Below are positions 17,475 to 25,223 of a stretch of 64,000 nt of DNA, piece by piece; within the stretch, counting starts at the first letter, position 1, and each line of letters opens with the position of its first letter. The notes under the pieces were generated by a model that did no database searches, was not told where the DNA came from, and saw nothing but the letters and a program-made list of their open reading frames with translations. Source of the stretch: Nannocystis sp. RBIL2 (GTDB taxonomy: Bacteria > Myxococcota_A > Polyangia > Nannocystales > Nannocystaceae); contig NZ_JAPNJW010000002.1 in NCBI RefSeq assembly GCF_026626745.1, positions 1,254,151-1,318,150 on the forward strand. The letters run 5' to 3'. Position numbers and translations under genes: made by a program.

Positions 17475-20400
17475 GCCTCCTCCTGCGCCACCTCGAAGCC
17501 AACGGCCCGCTCTCGCGCGCCGATCTCGAGGCCGCGACCCGGCGGCAGCAGCTGGCCGGCGGCAGCCTCGACACCGCGATCCTCGAGCTCGGGCTGATGA
17601 CCCCGCTGCAGCTCGACGCCCTGCTGCAGAGCGCCTGCGGCCTCCCCGGCGCGCCGGTGCGGCTGCTCGAGCGCGGGCCGACCCGTCCCTGGGAACATGT
17701 CCCGAGAGACCTGGTCGACATCGGCTGGGCCATGCCGCTCGCGCAGGAGGACGGCCGGCTGATCGTCGCCGTCCACCCCGACCTGCCCGACGCCAAGCTC
17801 GGCCAGCTCTACCGCATGGTCCGCGGCTTCTACCCGGTCGTCGCGCCCGAGTGCTGCCTGGCCAAGATCGCCGCCGAGCGCACCGGCTCGATCCTCGCCC
17901 CGCGCTACGCGCTGATCCTGCTCGACTACCTCGAGGCGCTGCGCACCGCCTCGATCACCATCAGCCTGATGCCGGGCGCCGCCGAGCCGCGTCCGAGCGA
18001 AGCGGCTGTCCCTGCGGACAGTCGGGCGGAAGACGCACCTGTCCCAACGGACAGGCAGACGACGGAGGTCCGCGCCGAGGCAGCTGTCCCTGGGGACAGG
18101 CCGACATCCGAGGCGCGCGAGGGGGCACCTGTCCCCGCGGACAGGCAACCGGCCGATGCCCGGGGCGCAGATGCAGCTGTCCCTGCGGACAGGTCGCACG
18201 CCGACGCGCGACCGGAGCCGTCCGGCGCAGACACGCCGGTCGACGCTCGCATCGCCGACGCGCCGAGCGCCGGCGATCGCCAGGCGACCAGCTCGGACCC
18301 GAGCCAGGGATCCGACACCCCGGCCCGTCGCACCGAGGCGCCCACCGCCACCCACGGGCTGGAGGTCGAGGCCGGAGGCCCTGCCCTCGATTCGTCGCGG
18401 ACCGGTGGGTCTGCGAGCGACCAGGTCGCCGCTGCTCATGTGGAAGCTCCTGTCCCTGCGGACAGGTCCGCCATCGACGCGAAGGTAGACGGCACCGAGG
18501 CCAGGCCTGCCGCCGCCCCGAGGGCCGACGCCGCGGACGCCACGCAGACCACCCCTGTCGCGGCGGACGGGACGACCGCGGGCGTGCGACCGGTGTCGCT
18601 GGCCGACGCGCTGCTGGCCGACGTACCTGTCCCCTCGGACAGGCAGATGGCCGGCCCGCGCCCGGCGGCGATGTCCGGGCCGAACACCGCGGCGCGCGCG
18701 ACGGGTTCGCCGTCCGGCGCGCCACCGCCGTCGGAGGCCGGCTCGCCGCGGACGGGCACGCCCGACGACGCCGCCGCGACGGCGCCTGTCCCCGGGGACA
18801 GGCCGGGCGACTCGCCCGCACCTGCCCTCAAGGACAGCCGCAACGAGGCGATTGACGCGGACCGAGCTCGCCCGGCGAACGGTTCGACGCTCACCGCGGG
18901 TTCCTCCCCCGCAGCGCCGACTCTCGCCGATTCGCCGACATCCGACTCCGACGCCCGCGCCCACGCGCCTCGCACCTCCGACGAGCTCGCCGCAGACCGT
19001 GCGGCCGCCGCGACCAGCAGTTCCGCGACGACCCCGGCCGCCACACCTGTCCCTCAGGACAGCCGGGCCGCAGCATCGACGCCGCCGAGCGTCAACGCCG
19101 CGCCCGCACCTGTCCCCGCGGACAGCTCCGCTTCAAACGCCTCGGCCCTGCCCTCCGGCCGCGAGCCCGCGCGTGACGCTGCACCTGTCTCTGAGACCAG
19201 GTCGCCCCAGCTCGACACCCCGAGCCACGCCGCTGCGGGGCGCCGGACCGAGACCGCCCCCACGCCTGCCGCCGCGGCGAGCCGCCAGACGGCGGCGTAC
19301 GACTCGCGGGCGCCCGAGCCCGACCCGGCACCCGCCGCCAATCGGCCGCCCTCGACGCGGCCCTCGCCCGTCCCCGTCGCCCCGGACGCCCCGCTCATCG
19401 ACCCCGGCGGCTTCGAGGACGAGAACGCCTCGCTGGCGGCGATGGCCATCGCCCCCGACACGCCGCTCATCATCCTGCCGCCGGCGACCACGCCGCGACC
19501 GGTGACCCCAGCCCTCGGGGTGCCGATCTATTCCGACACCTCGTCTGGCAATTGGGACAGGCGCACCCTCGTCGGCATCCCGGTAGGCGTGGCGCCCGCC
19601 CCCGCCCCCGCCCCCGACAAGCCCGCGGCCGCGCACGGCCCCAGCAACGGCGTCGCTCGCCCCACGGCCGCATCGAGTCCACCTGTCCCTTCGGCCAGCC
19701 CCGCCGAGCCCGCGCCGAGCCCGCCCGTCCCTTCGGCCAGCCCCGCCGAGCCCGCGCCGAGCCCGCCTGTCTCTTCGACCAGCTCCTCGGAGGCCGCGCC
19801 GAGCGCCCCCGAAGCCGCGTCTGACGAGGATCTGGTCGAGTCGTCGACGCGCAAGCCGCCGGCCCTGCCGCAGCCGATGGTCATGACTCTGGCGCAGCGC
19901 CTCGACGCCGCCCGCGCCACTCTGGCCACCGCGCGCGAGCGCGACCGGATCACCGAGGCCCTGGTGCGGGCCGCGAGCCTGATCGCCCCGCGCGTGGCCC
20001 TGTTCGGGGTCAAGCGCGAGGGTCTGCGCGTCCTGGCCGCGCCCGGCAGCGCGCTGCGGATGTCCGAGGGTCTCGTCATCCCGCTGCCCGAGGGCGGCCT
20101 GCTCGATCGCGCAGTGTCGGGCCAGGGTCCGCTGCACCTCCTGATCGAGCCGAGCCTGTCGTTCGCAGTCGGCCAGCCGCTGGGGATCCCCTGCATCTTC
20201 GAGCCCGTGCTCGCCGGCGGCCGCACCGTGCTGATGCTCTACCTCGACCGCTCCGGCGTCGCCTTCGATCCGCGCGAGCGGACCGTCCTGCGCGAGCTGT
20301 GCGACACGGCCCGGCAGAGCCTCGAGGCGCTGCTGCGGCTGCTCGGCTGGGTGGTGCCCGGCGGCACGCCCGGGGCCGGCCCCGCCGACCGCACGCGCCC

Positions 20401-22780
20401 GTCGATCCGGCCGGCGACCCCGATCGTCACCGTCGACGAGGCCGACGCGCCGGCCACGACGCCACCTGTCTCTGCGGACAGCTCCGAAACCGAGCCGCCG
20501 TCCGGCGAGACCTCGGCCGAACCCGACGATTCCGAGCCGCCGCCGACCGCGAGCGGGGCGGCGAGTGAACCTGGCTTCGGGGACAGCAACAGCCTCGCCA
20601 GCCGGCTGCGCAGCCGCGGCAACCGCGGGCGCGCCGTCATCACCCTGAAGAACCCGATCCGCCGCGACGACCCGGCGACCGTGACGCCGCTGCCGGTCCG
20701 CGCCGAGAGCTCCGCGCTCGTGCGGGCCCAGACGCTCGCCGACGAGCCGCCGCCCCCGCCCGTCGACGAGCCGGAGTACGAGGACCTCACCGACGACCCC
20801 GAGGAGCTCGACAGCCCGCCGCCGCGCCGTGACGGCCCCGGCCTCGGCCTCGCGCCGGTCCCGGTGCCTCTCGGCCCCGAGAACGGCCAGGACAGCCCGC
20901 TCGTGGCCCGCTTCGCCGCGATGTTCACCAAGCCGCCGCTGCCGGCGGTGACGATCGACCTGTCCGATCGGCCCAATACCTTCGGACATGCGCGATCGGA
21001 CAGCCCCGAGGCGCCGCCAGCGAGCCCGCAGCCGGAGATGCCGGGCTGGATCGCCACCGCCGAGCCGTCAGGCATCGAGGACCCGCTGCCCGTGGCCGCG
21101 GCGCTGCGCTCGGCCGCGACCGCCGCCGAGGCCCGCGTCGACCACGATCCGGCGGCGACGCTGCCGGGCGCGCCGCGGGTCATGCTCGAGGAGACCACGC
21201 GGGCATCGACGCGCGACGAGTTCGACGAGTGGCCGCGCGCCGCCTCCGACACCCCGACCATCCTCGACCTCTCGCCGCCGCCGACCCACGAGCCGCTGCT
21301 GGTCGAGACCCGCGCCGCGCCCGACGCCAAGACCGTCCTCGACCTCCCGCGGGTCGACTCCCCGGTCCCGCCCGAGACCCTGATCCCCAACCTCGTCGCC
21401 CCGCCCGGCACGCCCGGCGCGGGCCGCCGTCGCCGCGCGAACGAGGCGGCCGAGGACGAGCCGGTATTGGTGATCCCGAAGACGCTGCGGCGCTCGGGCG
21501 GCCTCACCGCCACGCCGCACCCGATGGCCCGTCGCAGCGACCCCGACGAGCTCGAGGGCGGTCCGACGCTGACGATGCCGACCACTCTGATCGGCCCGCG
21601 CAGCGGCCGGCGACGCGGCAAGCACGACCCGCGCCCTGACTCCTCGTCCAGCGCCCTGACCATGCCCCGGCTGGTACGCGAGGCGGAGGCCGACGACGCC
21701 GCGGCCCAGTCGACTGCGAATGGGATCGCTCCTTCGGAACATGCCCCTGAGGACATGTCCCCGGCGACCGGTTCCAAAGCGCAGGTCGACGCGAGCGCGT
21801 CGCCAGCCGGCGCCGCCGAGGCGAGCGGGTCCGTCGCGGCCCCGCCGGCCGACGAGCGCCCTGCGGCCGACGAGCTGTCGAGCGAGGAGCCGGCCGCGGC
21901 CGCCGACGCCGCCCCCGGCGCGGCGCTCGACGACCGCGAGATCGACGCGGTGATCGAGGGCTTTTTGCAGAACCCGGCCGAGTGGACCAGCGTGTCGCGG
22001 CTGCGCGCGCTCGACGAGCGCGGCCTGGCCCGCCTGGCGGCGCGCTTCCCGGGGCCCATCGACCTCGCCAACGCGACCAACTTCCCGCCGCCGAGCGCTC
22101 ACGGCCCGCTGCTGCGCGCGTGCGTCGAGCTCGGCCACGCGGTCAGCCCGCACGTGCTCGCCCTGTTCGCCAGCGCACGGCCGCAGATCCGCTTCTACGC
22201 CGCGTTCCTGTTCCAGGAGCTGCGCGACCCGAAGTGCCTGCGGCCGCTCGGCGAGCTGGCGTTCGACTCCGACCCCGACGTGCGGCTGATCGCCACCCGC
22301 GTGCTCGAGTCCTACAGCCGCGTGCCTGACTTCGCAACGGTGGCCGCGGAGATCCGCGGCGAGCTCGAGAGCTCGGACCGCGACCGCCAGCTGCTCGCCG
22401 TCGAGGCCGCCGGCACCCTGCGCGACACCCTCGCAGTGCCGCGTCTCATCGACTTGCTGGCGGTCCGCGACAAGCACGTCCGCGAGGCCGCGCTCGAGGC
22501 CCTGTGCTCGATCACCGCCAAGCACCACGGCTACCGCGCCCAGCGCTGGCGGGCCTGGTACGCCGAGCACGGCCAGGAGCCGCGCATCGAGTGGGTCATC
22601 GACGGCCTGCGCCACCGCGACGAGGCCGTGCGCCGCTGGGCCGCCGACGAGCTGGCGCGGATCACCGGCCAGCGGATCCCGTTCCCGGCGGAGGGCGACC
22701 GCCGCAGTCGCGAGCTGGCCCTGCGCGCCTGGCAAGCCTGGTGGGACAGCAACCGCGAGGACTTCACCGCCGGTAGCTGA
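17471..22780 (+). CDS. giant multidomain protein (1769 aa): MshEN/T2SSE_N-like N-terminal domain, disordered Pro/Ala/Asp repeat region, GAF-like segment, C-terminal HEAT repeats
   Basis: GTG at 17471 overlaps RDD stop (GTGA) with GAGGGA 4 nt upstream; N-term SLDTAILELGLMTPLQLDALLQ resembles MshEN/GspE-N motif; aa 170-770 low complexity with xxAPVPxDRxx repeats; ITEALVRAASLIAPRVALFGV...MLYLD GAF-like; C-term PRLIDLLAVRDKHVREAALEAL HEAT-type repeats; ORF 16271..22780 upstream portion judged noncoding (overlaps rsmE). Confidence 0.7.
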   Translation: MSLLLRHLEANGPLSRADLEAATRRQQLAGGSLDTAILELGLMTPLQLDALLQSACGLPGAPVRLLERGPTRPWEHVPRDLVDIGWAMPLAQEDGRLIVAVHPDLPDAKLGQLYRMVRGFYPVVAPECCLAKIAAERTGSILAPRYALILLDYLEALRTASITISLMPGAAEPRPSEAAVPADSRAEDAPVPTDRQTTEVRAEAAVPGDRPTSEAREGAPVPADRQPADARGADAAVPADRSHADARPEPSGADTPVDARIADAPSAGDRQATSSDPSQGSDTPARRTEAPTATHGLEVEAGGPALDSSRTGGSASDQVAAAHVEAPVPADRSAIDAKVDGTEARPAAAPRADAADATQTTPVAADGTTAGVRPVSLADALLADVPVPSDRQMAGPRPAAMSGPNTAARATGSPSGAPPPSEAGSPRTGTPDDAAATAPVPGDRPGDSPAPALKDSRNEAIDADRARPANGSTLTAGSSPAAPTLADSPTSDSDARAHAPRTSDELAADRAAAATSSSATTPAATPVPQDSRAAASTPPSVNAAPAPVPADSSASNASALPSGREPARDAAPVSETRSPQLDTPSHAAAGRRTETAPTPAAAASRQTAAYDSRAPEPDPAPAANRPPSTRPSPVPVAPDAPLIDPGGFEDENASLAAMAIAPDTPLIILPPATTPRPVTPALGVPIYSDTSSGNWDRRTLVGIPVGVAPAPAPAPDKPAAAHGPSNGVARPTAASSPPVPSASPAEPAPSPPVPSASPAEPAPSPPVSSTSSSEAAPSAPEAASDEDLVESSTRKPPALPQPMVMTLAQRLDAARATLATARERDRITEALVRAASLIAPRVALFGVKREGLRVLAAPGSALRMSEGLVIPLPEGGLLDRAVSGQGPLHLLIEPSLSFAVGQPLGIPCIFEPVLAGGRTVLMLYLDRSGVAFDPRERTVLRELCDTARQSLEALLRLLGWVVPGGTPGAGPADRTRPSIRPATPIVTVDEADAPATTPPVSADSSETEPPSGETSAEPDDSEPPPTASGAASEPGFGDSNSLASRLRSRGNRGRAVITLKNPIRRDDPATVTPLPVRAESSALVRAQTLADEPPPPPVDEPEYEDLTDDPEELDSPPPRRDGPGLGLAPVPVPLGPENGQDSPLVARFAAMFTKPPLPAVTIDLSDRPNTFGHARSDSPEAPPASPQPEMPGWIATAEPSGIEDPLPVAAALRSAATAAEARVDHDPAATLPGAPRVMLEETTRASTRDEFDEWPRAASDTPTILDLSPPPTHEPLLVETRAAPDAKTVLDLPRVDSPVPPETLIPNLVAPPGTPGAGRRRRANEAAEDEPVLVIPKTLRRSGGLTATPHPMARRSDPDELEGGPTLTMPTTLIGPRSGRRRGKHDPRPDSSSSALTMPRLVREAEADDAAAQSTANGIAPSEHAPEDMSPATGSKAQVDASASPAGAAEASGSVAAPPADERPAADELSSEEPAAAADAAPGAALDDREIDAVIEGFLQNPAEWTSVSRLRALDERGLARLAARFPGPIDLANATNFPPPSAHGPLLRACVELGHAVSPHVLALFASARPQIRFYAAFLFQELRDPKCLRPLGELAFDSDPDVRLIATRVLESYSRVPDFATVAAEIRGELESSDRDRQLLAVEAAGTLRDTLAVPRLIDLLAVRDKHVREAALEALCSITAKHHGYRAQRWRAWYAEHGQEPRIEWVIDGLRHRDEAVRRWAADELARITGQRIPFPAEGDRRSRELALRAWQAWWDSNREDFTAGS
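18006..19783. repeat. 14 or more in-frame copies of the CCTGTCC-N4-GGACAGG palindrome (first five as 39-47 bp tandem units) inside the giant ORF
   Basis: e.g. ctgtccctgcggacag 18006, cctgtcccaacggacagg 18038, ctgtccctggggacagg 18084, cctgtccccgcggacagg 18128, ctgtccctgcggacagg 18177, 18440, 18627, 18784, 19048, 19109, degenerate 19185, 19682, 19727, 19766; further copies 20464 and 21731. Confidence 0.85.
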
Positions 22781-22784
22781 GAGC

Positions 22785-22945
22785 CTGCCGCTTCGGGCAT
22801 GTCCTGGGAGACATGCCCGAAGCAGCATGGCGATTCGGGCATGTCCGCCCGGTCATGTCCTTGAGCTCCGCGGCCGACCTCCAGCCGCGCTCGCAGGACG
22901 CGTCAGCATGACCGCTCGGACATGTCTCTTCGACCATGCACGTCG
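22785..22945. repeat. two adjacent tandem arrays (about 8 units) of GRCATGYCC elements immediately after the giant ORF stop
   Basis: cttcgggcatgtcctggga gacatgcccgaag cagcatggcgattcgg gcatgtccgcccg gtcatgtccttgag ... gtcagcatgaccgctcg gacatgtctcttc gaccatgcacgtc. Confidence 0.8.
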
Positions 22946-23117
22946 CCGCGGCGACGCCTCTCCCATCGAACGAGACCAGCGGCCTTCGTCCTCCCACGAG
23001 GACGAAGGGCTTTGACGACGAGCCGCCCTGCCGACGCCGCTCAGGCGTTCACGTGGCTCGAGGACGGCTCGCTCGACGCCAACTTCCGGCGCGCAGCAGC
23101 TCGACCCGAACGCACCC

Positions 23118-23972
23118 TCAGAGGTCGCCGACGACCTTCACCTTGCCGGTCTTGGCCGGGGCGATCCGGCCCATCCGCACCGGCTCGGGCGGCGGCGGCG
23201 GCGGGATGTCGGCGACGACGTCGCCCATCAGCGGCACCGCCGGCGGCGGCTCGACCACCTTCAGCGGCACCTGGCCCATCTGCGGCGGCGGCGGCGGGGC
23301 GAAGCCGGGCTGCGGATCGCACGGCTCCTTCACCTCCGGCATCGCCTCGCCCATCTTCGCGTGCTCGACCGGCGCCACCTTGCCCATCAGCTCCTCGGTC
23401 ACCGGCGGCGGCGGCGGCGGGTCGGCGGCGATCGGCGCGGCGCCCATCGTCGGCACCGTCACCTCGGGGACCGGCGGGATCGGCGGCGGCTGGGGCGGAC
23501 GGATCTGGGCCCCGAGGTCGACCACGTTCCTGCAGACCTCGTGGCCCGCCGGGAAGTGCATGGTGGTGAAGGGCCCGGTCTGGACCTCGCAACCGCCCTC
23601 GGGCGAGGGCTTGGCGTCGCGGGCCATCGCCTCGATGGCGATGTCGCCGATGTCCTGGATCGGCGGGCCGTCGCCGTGCGGGGCGCAGGCGGCCAAGAGC
23701 ATCGCCGCGAAGGCGGTCCGCACCGGGCGGAGGCGAGACAGCGGGACGGTGTCGCGGAACGAGATCTGGCCGTCATCCTGGTTCGAGTAGCGGACGCACA
23801 GGTGCTCGCCCTTGTGCGCCTGCAGGAGATCGGTGGCCGCCTGCCGCGTCATCGCCGAGAGGTTGTGCACGTGTTTGGCGCAGACATCGCAGAAGCGGCG
23901 CTCCGCATCGCCGTGCATGGCGTCCCACGACTCGTGGCAGGGGCTCTTGATCTCGACGTTGCGGCTGTGCAT
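23118..23972 (-). CDS. hypothetical proline-rich protein with N-terminal Cys/His cluster (possible zinc-ribbon)
   Basis: MHSRNVEIKSPCHESWDAMHGDAERRFCDVCAKHVHNLS then poly-Pro tracts (PPQPPPIPPVP, PPPPPPV, PPPPPPEP); opposite-strand ORF 22936..23790 regarded as shadow. Confidence 0.5.
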   Translation of the reverse strand: MHSRNVEIKSPCHESWDAMHGDAERRFCDVCAKHVHNLSAMTRQAATDLLQAHKGEHLCVRYSNQDDGQISFRDTVPLSRLRPVRTAFAAMLLAACAPHGDGPPIQDIGDIAIEAMARDAKPSPEGGCEVQTGPFTTMHFPAGHEVCRNVVDLGAQIRPPQPPPIPPVPEVTVPTMGAAPIAADPPPPPPVTEELMGKVAPVEHAKMGEAMPEVKEPCDPQPGFAPPPPPQMGQVPLKVVEPPPAVPLMGDVVADIPPPPPPEPVRMGRIAPAKTGKVKVVGDL

Positions 23973-24034
23973 GGCGGCGGGACAACGCGCGTGGTGGGGG
24001 CCAGGTCTCGGGCGAGAGCTCGGCGCAGCGCGTC

Positions 24035-25078
24035 GTGAGGACCAGCGTATCCCCCGTGCGAGAAGCTTGGTATAGGGCCGGCGTGCCCCACGTCCCTGCC
24101 CTCCTCGCGCGACTGCGCGACGAGCCGCGCTACCTCGCCGCGCTGGCAGCGCTGCTGGTCGACGAGGTCCTCGCCGCGCCGGCGCGCCGCTTCATCGATC
24201 CCGTAAGGCTGACCCCGCTGATCGTCACCGGCCTGCAGGCCGTCGCCGCCGCGCCCGGCCACGCGGCGTGGCTCGAGCAGCGCCTCCGCGACGCGCTGGC
24301 ACGGATCCGGCCGCGGCAGGGCACGCTGCGCGCGCGGCTGCCCGGCGATCTGCTGCCGTTGCTGCGCACCGTGGTCCGCAGGCCCTACACGCCGAGCCGC
24401 ACGCTCGTGCGAGCCGTCGTCGATCAGGCGACCGTGCGCGACCTGTCGCGCACGATCCTCCACACCACGCTGCTCGACTTCGCCAAGAAGGTCGGCTCGA
24501 TCTTCCCGGACACCAGCAAGATCCCCGGCGCCGGCGTCACCTCGAAGCTGTTCGGCGTCGCCAAGGGTATGGCCTCCGTGGTCGGGCTCGACGCCTCGGT
24601 CGAGGACCGCGTGCGCGGCTTCGTCGACGGCGCCGTCGGCCGCGTGATCGACATGATCGTCGACCGCGTCAGCGACCCCAAGCACGCCGGCGAGGGCGCG
24701 GCCTTTCGCGCCGACGTGCTCGCCTCGCTGCTCGACCTACCCGAGTCGGCCGTCCACGCCGAGCTCGTCAAGCTCGACCCGGCCGTGGTCGCGGCCGACG
24801 TCCAGGCCGCGCTGGTCGCAGTCGCCGCCTGGGACCGCCTGCCCGCCGAGGTCGAGGCGGTGCTCACGGAGGCGGTCGCCAGCCTCGGCGACGCCACTAT
24901 CGGCGAGCTGCTGGCCGGCTCGGGCGAGGTCGAGGCGTGGCGCGGCGCGGTCGAGGCCGAGCTGCGCTACCACCTCGGCCACGGGCTCGCTGGCCCGCGC
25001 TTCGCCGCGTGGCTCGAGCACCTGGTCGCCGGGACATTGCCCGAAGAGCAGGTCTCTGCGGACAGCAGCGCGGAGTGA
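24035..25078 (+). CDS. hypothetical protein
   Basis: 347-aa ORF with balanced composition in mid/C-terminal part (TILHTTLLDFAKKVGSIFPDTSKIPGAGVTSKLFGVAKGMASVVG); no recognisable motif. Confidence 0.5.
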   Translation: MRTSVSPVREAWYRAGVPHVPALLARLRDEPRYLAALAALLVDEVLAAPARRFIDPVRLTPLIVTGLQAVAAAPGHAAWLEQRLRDALARIRPRQGTLRARLPGDLLPLLRTVVRRPYTPSRTLVRAVVDQATVRDLSRTILHTTLLDFAKKVGSIFPDTSKIPGAGVTSKLFGVAKGMASVVGLDASVEDRVRGFVDGAVGRVIDMIVDRVSDPKHAGEGAAFRADVLASLLDLPESAVHAELVKLDPAVVAADVQAALVAVAAWDRLPAEVEAVLTEAVASLGDATIGELLAGSGEVEAWRGAVEAELRYHLGHGLAGPRFAAWLEHLVAGTLPEEQVSADSSAE

Positions 25079-25089
25079 GCCGTTGCCTG

Positions 25090-25112
25090 CGCCTCAGGAC
25101 ATGTCCTGAAGC
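25090..25112. repeat. single GGACATGTCC palindromic element in convergent intergenic gap
   Basis: cctcaggacatgtcctgaag. Confidence 0.6.
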
Positions 25113-25223
25113 GCAGGTTCGATGCCACGCTTGCGGAGGCGATGCGTGCTCGCAACGGGCCGCCCCCGCGGGCTCACCTGGGCACGAGCCCGGCTGTGCC
25201 CCCTCAGCGCGCAGCGGGCACGT

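Noticed and set aside
18006-19783. CTGT-N8-ACAG spacing of the in-ORF palindromes resembles the E. coli-type LexA SOS box
   Set aside because: Fourteen or more copies inside one coding region with GC-rich spacers and no associated promoters. The resemblance is a trivial consequence of the TGTCC/GGACA half-sites. Not called as SOS boxes.
22936-23790. ORF 22936..23790 (+), 284 aa, Gly/Ser-rich
   Set aside because: Mirror image of the minus-strand proline-rich ORF (poly-Pro on one strand reads as poly-Gly on the other). The minus strand has a plausible Cys/His N-terminus, so the plus ORF is treated as shadow.
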